From Xylographa opegraphella (Eukaryota): 60,356 nt of DNA. Below are positions 38,762 to 52,013 of this stretch, piece after piece. Both the position numbers and the translations under genes were made by a program. Numbering within the stretch: position 1 is the first letter of the stretch; every line of letters starts with the position of its first letter. The notes below the pieces were generated by a model, which was given only the letters and a program-made list of their open reading frames with translations, had not been told where the DNA came from and did not search any database. Where the stretch lies: NCBI GenBank assembly GCA_022813865.1, contig JALDZX010000033.1, positions 186,001-246,356 on the forward strand, given 5' to 3'.

Positions 38762-40417
38762 ATGCTTTCACTACAACGGCGGAAATATTGAGAAAATCGA
38801 ACCGCGACTCAGTAGTAACGATCGTTACAAATTCCAGCTGCAAGAGAACCAAACGTATGCTGGGAAGTTGTTCGCAAACCTCTCTAAAACTTGCAGCATA
38901 TCGATAACCTCCCGTGATCATTGTTGCATGTGCGAAACAGCATCGGTATACGCTCTACGTATTCCGTCAGACAGGAGCAAGGTCTCTTCACTTCCAAGTC
39001 GTCTTTCCCTACAAAAGTAAGGTCTCCCTACAGAACACGTCCGGTCGCTTCAAACCCCTGGCCTCATAACCCTTCATCTCTTCCACCCTTATATCTGATC
39101 TCCCGAATTCGGGTGTCGCAACCACGGGCGTCAAACCACATTCGTGCACGGGTAGCTGTCATTCTTAGGCCAAACATACAGCACATGCAGTGCCTGACGA
39201 TGAGCCCAGCGATGTCGGTATAGCTGATGTGTTCCGGGGGATCCCAGTCTTATCATAATGAAAAGCATCATCGACAGCTAGGGTCCAAGGTCATCGATAC
39301 ATATCCACCACACCGCCACGAAACCCCTCACTCGCCTATACACTTACAACAAATCACACCGATCCCTTCCCCTCTCCCATCATCCCCAAGCTCTCAATCA
39401 CGCAATCCAACCCGTTCGTCTCCTGCCCCCCAAACGGGCATCACCTTTACCCGCCGTACGCAGACCATGTGCCGATCTTCCTGGTACATGTACGCTGAGG
39501 CGTCGAGAGCGGTGTGGTGGGGAATATGTTCCGCTTCGGAGCTGTCGAATAGCAGGATACTGGTGAAGTGGTGTTTTTATCGGGAGGGCGTCGTCACTAC
39601 AGTAGCAGATGGGGTGTGGGTTGCGGTAGGCGGGAGCGGGGAGCGGGATAGGTGATGAGGTGGGGGGAAGGGGCGGGCGGGTGGGGAGTTATCAAGGGTG
39701 CGTTCTGGAGACGGGAGTCGGAGGCGGGATTCCCACACAGGAAACGGGAAGGGATTCGCCTGCCTTATGTTGTGCAATCACAGCACGGACAAGCGATTAG
39801 GGAAGATAGCAGAGGCAAGCGCAGCACCACGCCAACCACAGCGAGAAAAGAAAAGCACAGCACGACACCAACGCCAATGCACCACCTCGACAGAGAAAAG
39901 TTCTATAGGCTCATTTAGTCTAACGAAAGCGAGCCCATGACTACCGGAACAACAAGGTCATGAACCCCTTCCCGGTGAAAGGGCCTCGCGGGACCCCAAA
40001 TGCACGCGCGTCTAAAATGGCAGCCGTACCCCTTACGCAAACAAGCTGCGCCGAGGAGATGTGGAGATAAAATGAACAAACCCCATAAGCGGAAAAACTC
40101 CCCGTTTGCCATGCATCCCCAAATTGATAGATCTCTCAGTTCCCCCCAGCAAACACCTTCCCCGTGCCCAAGTCTTCGCGTCGGCGGCAGTAATGTTGTA
40201 AAATGGGCCTCGACAACCACGCAAAAATCATCCCCCTAAACCGGCCGAGAAGCGTTATGATGATGCTGCTGGACCTTCCCAGGCGAAATCCTCCGCCCCC
40301 CCTTAATCCGGACGACCGTACGCAAGAAAGCAGGCTCCGACGACGACCGCAAAGCTGACATATAGTCAGAGGACCGTACAGGAATTGTTCGACGACCTGT
40401 ACACCAGCGCACGCACA

Positions 40418-42356
40418 GATCAGTCTTCATTCTCATGCGGTGTTGGTGCAGCAGACGGGCTTCCGCTGCTCGAGCGCGGCCGGGGCTCCGGCTCCACGAG
40501 CTGCTGGTCGGCAGGGTCTTCTTCTGCTTCTGCGTCGGACCCGCCGTCTTCAGAGGATGAATCTGACGACAGTTTGATTTCCGCATCCCTTCATAGGCAA
40601 AACGGCATCGTCAGACTCTGTTACTTCCCAGGCCGAACGCGAGCGACAACAAGAATTGGGCAGAGGAGGTCGGAGGGGGTGGGAGGTTTCATTTGAATAG
40701 GTAAACATACCATCGCTGTGCTTCTATTCTCCGGATCCATTGTGCAGTGATTTTCAGTCTCTCTCGAACACTCGTCGTCGGTAGGAGTTTGTATTTCTCC
40801 TCGTCGCAGATGGGTAGGATCGCGGCAAGCCAATAGGGAAATAGTGCCGGATCTGCAGGAGGACTTCCGTATGCTGCTATCACGTTCGCTCGCAGCCACG
40901 GGGCCGAAGCGGCTCGCATTCTTGTGATAAATGAGATCCCAATCTCTAACAAGTCGCTGGTCGGCAAACCATTCATTTGGGCCAGAAGGTCATCCATTGG
41001 TGCAGTGGCACCGTCGCTGACTTCCCAAGACTCAATCCTTTCTTCTTCCGCCAGAGAGACGTCGTCTACCCGCTCGACATCCCCTACAACGTAGCCATCA
41101 AGCATACCCCAGCTTTTGACCCGGAATCTTGAGGCGCCAATACATTCGATGAGACTCCGTCCATCTGGCATTAGTTGCATATTCGCTATATGTAGGAGGG
41201 TTCCATATTGCATAAATTGTGTGGGTCCTAGGTCACCCTGAGGTTCACCGCGGCGATTGTACATCATCATGCCGAATTTCCGGTTTCCGCTTTCAATGGC
41301 GCGCCGTATCATCAGACGATAACGAGGCTCAAAGACGTGGAAGAAGTTGGGTATGGATGGGTATGCCAAGGTGACAATGAACAGCGGTGTGTTTTTGTCG
41401 CCAGTCAAGGCAGCCTCTTCTTGTGCAGCAGACTCGACTCTTGTAGCCACAAGATCGGGGCAGATTCCCAACAAAAGTTGTGACAACCGTTTGTTACTCG
41501 GCTCGTGCTGAACGCCTGGGGGCATGAGTAACTCACGACGACATATCGGGCACAGGTTCGAGTGATCGAGAACGCGAGCGACACACTTTCGGCAGAAGGT
41601 GTGTCCACATGTTGTTGTGACCGGATCAAGCATCAAGGCGTAACAAACTTGGCAATCCAGCTCAGTTTTTGTAGATTCCTTCAAATTCTCCAGCATGGCA
41701 GTATCCAGACGTTGATAAGTGTCCCCGGTCGGCGACATGGTTTGGTACGACACTTCGGAGTCATATCTCAACTCTCCAGTTTCTGCCATTGTGTACGTCG
41801 CTACCAGTCGACCTCCATGCAATACCCTAGATCTCGGAAGATCTAGGAGCTGCGAGCTATCGACGACGTTCCTCCAATGCAACCTTTCGTCCAGTAAAGT
41901 CGGAGTTTCACTCACCAGCGGTCGACACCGAGCGACCTCAATGCCGATTCTTTCCAGTACTTTGGTCAAAGTGACGTCAAGGCTGCAATCCCCCAACGAA
42001 TGATCCTGACCGCAATCTGGAAACGGGCAGGTGAAGCCTTCTTGCCGGCTCGGGGTCATTGGATACGAGATGTTCTGCCTCTTGTGTAGTTCTGGTAAAC
42101 ATGCCCGACATATCGAGTTCCCACACGGTAGCGTCAAAGGGGTTCGGAGGGGGAGAGAGCAGCGTATGCACTGAACGAGGCGGACAATGGCTCTGGCATC
42201 CACATGAGGATCCAGACCCGGGGAAGGCAAGAGGTTTGCTTGCGCATCGTTCTCGCCCATCAACACGGTGGTGTCTGGCGAGAGCCCTGTAGGCTGGTCC
42301 TCGGATGTGTCGACAGCGATGGGCAACGCGGACACTTGCCCTTGAACAGTACTCAT
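40418..42356 (-). CDS. RING-finger / LON N-terminal domain protein (CrgA/LONRF family)
   Basis: Two RING-type motifs (CIRC..TLPCGNSICRAC; CQVC..TTCGHTFCRKC..CPICR) and LON-N FFHVFEPRYRLMIRRA. Last exon position uncertain. Confidence 0.88.
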
Positions 42357-43673
42357 CCACGTTTATCTGGCGATTTGTCGCTCTTGCTCCTCCATTCGCT
42401 GTTGAATCGCTGATAGCCGTTGGCGGTGCAGCAGGGATCACGGGCGGTGAGAAGTTGGGCTGGGCGAGCCTTGTTGACGAGGTGTCAGCGCGAGGGTCGG
42501 GTGGTGGTCGGTGAGTTGTAAGAGACGATGTTGGTTCGTGATGTTGCAAGGTGCGGCAGAAGGGGGAGCAGCGCCAGGTGATTAAGGGATGCGAAGATTC
42601 GGGATATCAAGATCAAGCCTCTCTGTCATGAAGGAACTCTGTCATGAACAACTCCACGAGTACTGACAGGGGTGGGGGGGGGAAAGGGAGCCATTGATAA
42701 TAATAAACCAAGCGGTTTTGGCGAGAGCATGGAGAGCGAGATCAACGACGACAAGACTCGTGCGGGAGCGGAGTGCCAATGAGAGCGGGACCCGAGGTGT
42801 GGCGGTACAATGGAGAAGCCAAGCGGTGCTACCAGATCCCAGTCATGCGCTCGATCGGGCCCAGAGTCGACGTCGAAGTTCAATGTCGCCCGCGATCGCC
42901 GTTGTAGAGCGGTATCGTGGATGGCGCCCACGTCGACGTCATCCACTCGCTCGCTCGATCTGGCACCAGCCACAGCCTGACTCAGCGGCTTCCACGGCGC
43001 CGGCACAACGAACTCTAACGAGCCACTGCATCGGATCTCTGACGCTCGGCAAGCACGTCCGGGGCCGGGAAGTCTGAGAGAATATGCATTAATTGTCAAT
43101 GGTACCATAGGAATGTAAGATGGATACAGTAAGTCTGCCTCACTGGCACCATCCCACCAACAGTCGTGTCTTTGACGATATGGCCCCGCCATCGAAATGC
43201 CCCCCATCACGGCATCAGCGAACATAGTACGACGACACCATACCGCTGTCAGTGTCGAAAGACTTTCTCCGAACATCGGACGCGGATGTCGCAGCACAGC
43301 TAATCGGGCGTGACCTCCGCCCAACCACGACCCACCCCCATGGCACATTTTAATTTCCCATATGGCACCCATAATCGCATAATCCCATTCCAAGCACCAC
43401 GCTCGCCGAGCCCCCAACGTCCGTAAGAAGTTCCCACCCAACCCGTGGCATCAGCCCCCGCAGACGCCCCGTTAAACGCTCCCGTCAAATGCTCCATCCA
43501 TACATGCTCGCTCGTCTTCTATGCCCTGACTGCCTCAGCATCGACGCCGTCGCGATGCCGAAACCGTGAAATCCAAAGTGGCAACAAACACCACCGGGCA
43601 TATATTACATTGCATGGCCCCACTGAAATTTCCTATCATGTCAAATACGGGCGGCCCGGTGAGGTAAACGGTC

Positions 43674-46600
43674 TCAGGTCGACGTGACCGGCTTCGCCGT
43701 CGTCGACCGTGACTCGTCCTCGTCGTCCGATTCCTCCTCGAGCACAATCTGTCGCATCACGTTCTTGTCGAACATGTCGATGACAAACCGCATCACTGGG
43801 AGGCGGAAACGGTGGCATGCGAAGATGAACATCACCCGGCGGAACACGGCGACTGACTTGAAGAGCCCCGGCTTTTGGTTCCGAATGCTGCGGCAACGTC
43901 AGTGCAATCCCTCATGCGGCCCCTGCCACACTCACCTGTGCAATTCCCCGATCGCGCGTTTGGTGAGCACGGTATTGCCCAGGTCAATCACCAGGTTGAC
44001 CACCCGCGCTTCGGTGGGGTCATTCTCGTCGCCTGCGGGCGGCATGGATTTGAGCGTGACCTGCGCGAGGGTAGGTACAACAATCGCTGGCCGAATCTGG
44101 GTCATCGATTAGCAAAATTTACCGGTGCGAGAACCACAGCAACATATCTATCGTAGGGCCTACCGAGAACAAAATATCCAGAGAAGGAGGCAGGCAGTAG
44201 CCTAAGGATTGCCCATTCTGATCCGTCGCGGCATCCCAGCCATGCTCGACGAGGATTTCCATCCCGTGCAAGCTTCGCGATATGAGGCCGAGCACGAAGA
44301 ATGCCGTCCCTCTCATGCTCATGACCTCAGACCTCTCGGCAATCATGATGATGTATCTTACCACGTTGGATTCTTCCAAGAATGGGGCCCCAAGCTCCAT
44401 CGAGCCTACATTTCCCACCGCCCAGAGGCAACCCTTCAGTTTGAGCATGGTCTCTGTATCCTCGTGTTCGGACCAGAACCTTTGAATCGTAGATGCGAAT
44501 TCTTCAAAGTGGCCCGAGTCTTTCAACAATCTGCATCCTTCCATTGTTCGCGTGAGCTCACGATAGAAATGAGGAGGAACGGTCCCATGTTGCTCCCGTA
44601 GGAGTGGTTCTTCGACTATCGATCGGGGACGTTCCGATTCGTGTGACAATGCCCGGCTAAGCGAGGCTTCCACCATGGTCACGTACTTCTCATTCCTGCC
44701 CAAGAACCAGTCATCCATCTCCTGCGTGATGTAGTCCAAACCATCCAGATACTTGTAGCCTAGTGAGGTCGACAGGAAGCGAAGAAGTAACGGCGCGCCA
44801 ATTTCGCCGAGGTGATCAAGCGCGGGTCGGCACTTGACCACGTACTCAAGATATGGTTTTCGATTACAAGCCTCTTGTAAGATGTGTACAGCAACCTCAC
44901 TTACCTCCACCTCCGGATCGTACAACTGTGTAACCAAAAGGCGTATCGCCCAAAATGCCACGTCCGACGCTGTGCCTTGGTTGTTAGTGGGTATTTCTTT
45001 GGTAGCATATTTGCGCAAGATCCTGGTGGAAAATATTCGGATAGCTTTGGGGCTGGAAGTGAGAGCCTTTGATAGCATGACTCGTAAATGGCTGTCTATT
45101 GAGAAATCCATATTTCCGAGCAGGAGTTGAATGAGATCCGCCCGATCTTGCAGGTCAATGATACGGTAGAACATATTGAGTATTCGCCATCGTGCTAACA
45201 TCACAAGGCCTTGTGCATCACTGCTCAGAGTCCCCAGTAAAGTGAAGTAGCCGCGGGTCATGGTCTCCGACACTCGATCGGCGGCAAACAAAGGAGATGT
45301 GGAAGTTAGCCCGCTCATTTTATCAAGCTGCGCGAGACACTCAGCCAACTGCCGTAACAGTTTACTTTCCGTCAGATATTGTACACCTTCGTTGGTTTGT
45401 AAGAGACAACGGAACAATGCACAGCCAACCCGGACGTATCGATGATTGGGTTTGGTGTTCCTTGCATTCGAAAAGCGATATTTAAACGGCCGATAAAAGC
45501 CTACCAATCGTTTGAGAAATTTGGTTGCTTTTATTGCCTCGTCGAGTCTTTTCGGATTCAACAAGGGTCCTTCGATTATGTCGAGGATGAGGTCCCACTT
45601 CCATTTTAGATAGTTCACTGTACTTACTACCTGCGTTTCCACCAGAAGCGAACGAAAATGGATCTCATCCATATCGATGCTTAATCTGGGCTTACCTGAT
45701 TCAGCTGTCATTTGGCTATTATTGTTGTTCTCAGGCTTGGTTTTATTGTTCATAGCAAGAGTCATGGCAGCGCTTGTCCTGTACAAGGTTCGATTTACAC
45801 TATCAACTTGGTAGATAATGCTGGAGATAGGCGGCCCTGGACTACTGTCATCGATACCTTGAAAGGGATTTTTCATTAATGAAGGTAGTACTTGAAGATT
45901 TGAGCTCACAGCGTTAGGTAGAGAGTAATTTGCCAGTTTCAGAACCTCTCCAAGAAGAAGTGTGGTTTTGCGCCGCAACGAAGGATCGACAGCCTCTTCG
46001 ATAAGTTCTGAAAGTGCCTTCAAGGTGTTTGTTAGTGACATGGTAAGAAGATTTCCGGCATAGGAACACTACCTTAATGAGCTGGCAGTGGACAAGAATG
46101 GCAAGTATGAGAGCAGTATACTGGTCGATAAGATTGACCCTGTTGGCATCATCCTCGCTCTCCACCTGCCACTGTTGCTCCATCTGATCTGGCTTGATAT
46201 TGGTCACACGTCCGTACGTCGTCAACCTTCGCCCAGCAAGGAACGAGGACGTCCACGATGGTGGTTTGATATGTAGTACGTCGAACAGTAGATCCAGCAC
46301 TAAATCTCTTGCAAATGGTTCAGGATGGGAGAGCGATAGTATCAGAGAGCGCAACGTTGCAAATCCTCTCGCTGCCAGCGTAAACAGGCCAGGCCAGCTA
46401 TTCAAGATGCTTGCTATCGACCTAGCGTTCACTTTAAGCTTTTCTTCATGTCCATGTGCCACCAGAGGGTCCGTAAAAGCCGAAAAGGGAGCTTCAAGCT
46501 CACGCCCAGAAGACAAAATGTTACGTAGCTGAGGTGTATCAGTCAAGTATAGGAAAGCAGAAACAAGACTTTCGGAACCAGGATAGGTGCCGTCACTGAG

Positions 46601-47806
46601 CGCGTCTGTTAGGGGAGCCAAGCCGCCAGCATCTTTGACCAAAGCTCCATCTTTGATCAATATCTCTGTCAATGTCAGGATCGCCATATTTCGCAGTCGA
46701 TCTTCGGGGTGCTCCGCGACAGATACCACAGTTCTTACAACCGCATTTGACAGCTCTTTGACCCCGTCCTTAACATCCAAGAAAACACGAATGAATTTCA
46801 GTGCCTGTTCTCGTTCCATAGTGGCCTTGCTCTCCTTGACTAGAGATAGCATCACTAGAGAGTCTGTGTGTAGACGGCGAACAGTCTGCAGCGACTTACG
46901 GTCCGCAATGGCATGCCTCGTCACCCTATAACCGGCAGCAACCACTTCACGACTTTCACTTAAAAGCATTGTCTGTACTCGAAGCCCGAAGATAGACCAT
47001 GCAAGATCATACTTGAGGGTTGGATGCCGCTTAAACAGCTCAACCAAGCCATTTGCTCTCGAAACATAGTAGTCGGGCTGCATTCCTTCCACTTCTAAGG
47101 CTTGGAGCGTCTCTGCTAGGACAAAGGTGGGGGACTCTGTTTCAGGGTTCGTTTCGATATGCTCGACATCGGACAGATGACCCACACGGGAAGGGGAGCG
47201 TAGGGGACTTCCCCGAAATAAGGAAGACAATCGGTTCTGGTTCTGGCTAGGAGTAGAAGGGCGTTTGGAGTGTTCGATTTCTTCCTCGAGCTGTAATCTG
47301 AGCTCTGCGATCTTCCGGTTCGAAGAGCTCAGCTCGGATTCCACCCTGAATCTTTGATCTTTACTTTGCTTGGAAGGTTTCTGCAGCAGGGCATCTAGCA
47401 AGTTCTCGGAACCGGTCTTGATCTTTAGCTCTTTGTTGATCCTCTCCCTGAAATCGGCTTGCCTCCGTTCCGAGGCTCCTATTTCATCTGGAGTGACGTC
47501 TTCGCGACTGGTCACAGTGCTCAAGTCCGGTCTTGAGCCAGTATGTCGGGGGGCATTCATATTTTTGAGGTTAGAGCTAAAACTCCCCGGTCCAAGCCCA
47601 GTATTAGCAAGAGAAGCGCCTCTAGGACCGAACATGCTGGCGTTCGAAAGAGAACGTGCCTCTTTCGCGGTCCTTGACGGAGGGGCGAGCCCATCCTTGA
47701 GATGCTGTATATCGTCTGTGTCTCTCATGGAGCCCGTACGCTCTTGTCTGAACGGGTTACCAGGGGTTGGAGTTGCTGAGGCGCCTAAAGTCGATGAAGG
47801 AGCCAT
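43674..47806 (-). CDS. AVO3: TORC2 subunit Rictor/Avo3 (Ste20/Pianissimo) with N-terminal HR1-like segment
   Basis: ELKIKTGSENLL HR1-like start; EREQALKFIR, LVTQLYDP, PPHFYRELTRT, LKGCLWAVGNVGS, RGTAFFVLGLIS; two introns. Confidence 0.92.
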
Positions 47807-48526
47807 AACGATGCGCTGTACTTAGTCCAGCACTACTAGCCTCCGTCGAAGTGCTCCAATAATGTCCTCATAAGGTCTATCCATTGGGCACCATCAACAC
47901 TGTTTGGCAGGATCGTTCATACTCATGTGCCAGCTTGGGGATCGTAGTGACACCAAATATTGAGATAGCATGGATACGGGTTGGAAGAGGTTGCCTTTTG
48001 TGAAAGGCCCTAAGTGTCATGTGGTGTCGGTTTCAGGGTGTAAGTGCTACCATTTCACAGTTACCATCACAGCTCTCACTCGTTTCAATATGAATCATAT
48101 GAATCATAGATCTGCGGGACATATCCTATAGTTGTCTTTTCGTGCCCTCTGAGGACGTTGCCAATAAGGTAGTGCTGTATCCTAGGAGGTGCGGAACAAT
48201 CCCTGCACGCGACGAGGTCTCGGATAAATAATGATCCGTATATCCCAGGTCCTCGGTCCTAGAATCTAACTGTGAAGGGGTTAATGGATGAGGGGTTGAG
48301 TTCAAAGCTTGAATGTGAACGTGGGGCAGATACTCTAGGGTTGATCGGCGGGGGCCCTACCATTCCGTATTGTCATATATTATTGCCTGTCTTGTACCGT
48401 GGCTTTCGGAGATACGTTATCTGGCCTCATTGTCATCGCAAATCCGGCCCCGACTTTCATGCTGATCATGTTAAGTTGATCCAGATCGTTCCGTGTTCCG
48501 GCATCTGGCGGTCCCAAGCTATGCTG

Positions 48527-48556
48527 CTATCGGAGTTGCCCGATTGCGCCGATAAA
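48527..48556. promoter_or_regulatory. UaY binding site TCGG-N6-CCGA flanked by GATA sites in the uricase promoter
   Basis: TCGGagttgcCCGA at 48530-48543; CTATC at 48527-48531; GATAAA at 48551-48556. Confidence 0.7.
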
Positions 48557-48720
48557 GGCAGCACAGCATTTCCCCTATAACTACCTTGCTTCCGCTGCGG
48601 AGCTTGTCCTGTGACTCCAATATATGAGCGTGAAAGACTTGCTGATACGGCTTTGACGAATATTCCAATTCTATCCCTCACAGATATTATAAGCAGAGCT
48701 TTCCGTCCATCGCAGCAGCC

Positions 48721-49716
48721 ATGCCTCATCTTGCAGCAGCTTGCTATGGAAAGGACAACATCCGTGTGTACAAAGTAGAGAAGGATGCGAAGGCAGGAGT
48801 CCAGACCGTCACAGAGATGACGGTACGGGTGCTTCTGGAGGGTGACATTGCGACATCGTGAGCACTGCAAGCAAGGTAGTCTTACGACGGCTTTCCTCTG
48901 ACAATCGGGTAGCTATACCGAAGCCGACAATAGCGTGATAGTCCCCACCGATACGATGAAACAAACCACGTATATAATGGCCAAGCTGCACCCAGTCAAC
49001 CCTCCGGAACTGTTCGCCTCCATCCTCGCGTCCCACTTTACAGAGACTTATGCACACATCCACTGCGCCCACGTCAAGGTGATCCAGCACCGTTGGACTC
49101 GAATGCAGATTGACGGAGAAAACCATCCCCATTCCTTCCTGCGCGATGGTTCGGAGACACGAAATGCAGACGTTACATCCACAGAGGGTCACGGCATTTC
49201 GATTCGTTCCGCCATTGTTGGGCTTCTCGTTCTCAAGAGCACGGGATCCGCCTTCCACGGCTTCGTTCAAGACGAATTCACCAAGCTCGAGCCCGTTTCG
49301 GATCGAATCCTCAGCACCGAAGTCGACTGTGGCTGGTCGTGGAACGTGTATAGCAAGCTTGAGGATGTTCAGAGTGCTGCATCCAAATTTGATCGGGCAT
49401 GGAAGGCGGCACGGGAGATAACCATGAAGATATTCGCCAATGACTCCAGTGCCAGTGTGCAGAATACCATGTACAAGATGTGTGATGAAATACTGGCGGT
49501 AGAGCCAGCTCTTGAAGCCGTTGACTATTCGCTTCCTAACAAGCACTACTTCGAGATAGGTGGGTATTCGTCCAGTTCGAGTGATTGCTGCTAACAATGT
49601 TAGACATGAGCTGGCACAAAGGTTTGAAAAACACCGGCAAGGATGCTGAGGTCTACGAACCACAGTCAAACCCCAACGGCCTCATTAATTGTACTGTCAA
49701 ACGATCTGCCACGTGA
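48721..49716 (+). CDS. uaZ: Urate oxidase (uricase)
   Basis: YGKDNIRVYKV, SYTEADNSVIVPTDTMKQT, LLVLKSTGSAFHGF, DRILST, SASVQNTMY, LPNKHYFEID; two introns. Confidence 0.96.
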
Positions 49717-50007
49717 GTGTGATTTTAAGCTTGGATACTCCGGTTAAACGACGGATTTTTTGGGGTGTCGAGGATTTCGAATTAGCAACGTTAGTGGTGC
49801 CACTCCGGCTCAAAACTGCCACATAGAGATATTACCAATTTTGTTGTATATTCTAGAGAGAGCTTTCCCGCATCTCAAGAGAGTCCTTGGTAATCAATAT
49901 ATTCAAATCTGTACATTCTCACTCCGTCCAATGCAACAAAGCGTATGCATCTTCAGTGCACAATGCGCGCTCAGACCCCAAAGCCGTGCTCCGAACCCCC
50001 CCGATAT

Positions 50008-50170
50008 CTACAACGCCCTCGCTTTCTCCAGCTCCTCCCTCACCTCCGGCACATCCAAAATCCTCGTCCTCCCATCCACCTTCACCAAATTATCCTTGTA
50101 CGGATGCGCCGCCCCTTCAAAAACTGCGCACCGACGATCGATCAGCCTACACTATCCTTCCCTCCCTGAC

Positions 50171-50209
<39 letters not shown>

Positions 50210-50727
50210 GGGGAATACTCACCCTTCAACCGATCCAGCCTCTTATCGCGCAGCCGGTTCTTGGGCAACATGCCGCGCACCGCCTTCCGCAGCACCTCGC
50301 CGCCGCCCCACTTGCGCATCATGCCCTCCATGTTGAGCTCCTTCAGGCTGCCGGGCCGCGTGCTGTGGGTGTAGTACTTCTTCTGCTGCATCTTCTTGCC
50401 CGTCACGAGCAGGTCCGTGCACGAGGTCGCCACCACGTAGTCGCCGCAGTCGGTCGACGGGTCCCAGATCGGTTTGTGCTTGCCCATCAGGATGAGGGCG
50501 ATGCGCGACGCGAGACGGCCGAGGGGCGGCGTGGTGCTGGAGGAGAGGGAGATGTGGTGCCATGTGCGGGAGTAGGCGAGGCGGGTCTGGGGGAGCGTTA
50601 GGGATCTTCTTTCTTTTTTTTAATTTTGAGGTTGGGGAGTGAGGGTTAGATGCTGGGGAAGAGGGTGCAGGAGGAGGAGATGGATTCTGGGAGGTTGCGG
50701 ACGCACCCTGCCTACGGTCTGCGACAT
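50008..50727 (-). CDS. MRPL23: Mitochondrial large-subunit ribosomal protein uL13m
   Basis: LGRLASRIALILMGKHKPIWDPSTDCGDYVV...KKYYTHSTRPGSLK...AVRGMLPKNRLR; two introns. Confidence 0.93.
50172..50207. repeat. (AC)n microsatellite, about 18 units, in intron 2 of the uL13m gene
   Basis: Direct reading of the sequence. Confidence 0.95.
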
Positions 50728-50801
50728 CGTGTCTGTCACCGGGGCATCTGCGGACCGAGTACTCGTCGATGCAGATCGCAGACGATGATGTGCGGATGAG
50801 T

Positions 50802-50820
50802 GAGCGAGCGAGCGAGCGAG
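50802..50820. repeat. (GAGC)n short tandem repeat in the uL13m/CCS1 divergent intergenic region
   Basis: gagcgagcgagcgagcgag. Confidence 0.8.
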
Positions 50821-51029
50821 GCACAATGTGAATTAATTTTCAAAACCAACGTGTGGTGCTTTTGATCAACTCATCGACGCATCGAAAAGGATTAAGGTAG
50901 CCCAGAAGAATATCCTAAGCGCCACGGAAAGCAGCCGATTGGCCACCCCGGCCTCGCCGGCGCCGCTTTGAAATCGCACGCCTTGCCCTTCCCCCCCACA
51001 CAGCGAAACATAAAAAGCATGGCCGCACG

Positions 51030-52013
51030 ATGCGCAGCCTACTGGCCAAAAGCACCGTTCTCGCCTCCGCGGCTCTCATCCACCGCAAGTGCCACCCCAC
51101 AAGCCAGCTACACTGCGACACGCGGAGGATGATTCCCGCTTTCCAAACGACGTTTGCGGTGCCGATGCACTGCGCGTCGTGCGTGCGGGACGTGTCGGCC
51201 GCGCTGCGCACGCTTGACGGTACGTACGCCTACCTTGTCCGACAAGCACTCGCCCGCTGACGCGAGAGACACACACCCGCAGGCGTAGCGGGCATCGAGG
51301 CCTCGCTCGCGACGCAGACGCTCACCGTCACCGGCACCGCCGCGCCGTCCGCCATCGTCAGCGCCATCCAGTCCACGGGGCGCGATGCCATCCTGCGCGG
51401 CAGCGGCGCCTCCAACGGTACGTCACGCATCCCGCCCCCGTATCCCCATGCACACACAGTGAACCAACACCCCACCTTCCCCCCCCCAATAGGCGCCGCC
51501 GTCTCCATCCTCGAGAGCCACGACCCCGACACCCGCTCTCCGGTCCGCGGCCTCGCGCGCCTGGTGCAAGTCTCCCCGACCCACACGCTCGTCGACCTCA
51601 CGCTGCGGGGCCTCCCGCCGGGGCGATACGTGGCCAGCGTGCGCGAGCGGGGCGATATCAGCCGCGGGGCGGCGAGCACGGGCGGCGTATGGCGCGGTGA
51701 CGACGGCCCTGCCACCACTACCACTACCAGCGAGGAGACACAGGCGCCAACACCACCGAGGGGGATGCTGGGCGAGATAGTGATCGGCCCGGACGGCGCC
51801 GCGAGCGCGTTCTTGCAGCAGGAGGTGCGGGTGTGGGAGGTAGTTGGGCGGGGGATGGTGGTTGCGCCGACGAGCGAAGGGGAAGGGGCGGTGGTGGTGG
51901 GGGTCATTGCGCGGAGCGCGGGCGTGTGGGACAACGAGAAGACGGTGTGCTCGTGCAGCGGGAAGACGGTGTGGGAGGAGCGGGACGAGCAGGTCGCGCG
52001 GGGGATGCTGTGA
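51030..52013 (+). CDS. CCS1: Copper chaperone for superoxide dismutase
   Basis: HMA domain FAVPMHCASCV, SOD-like middle domain, C-terminal IARSAGVWDNEKTVCSCSGKTVWEER (CxC); two introns. Start is either 51030 or the downstream MIPAFQ ATG. Confidence 0.94.

Noticed and set aside
39000..40230. Cluster of short ORFs between the fusion gene and the LONRF gene
   Set aside because: Low-complexity purine/pyrimidine-skewed sequence consistent with convergent 3' UTRs.
42626..43441. 271-aa minus-strand ORF between the LONRF and Rictor genes
   Set aside because: Non-ATG start, no motifs, composition typical of a GC-rich promoter or UTR.
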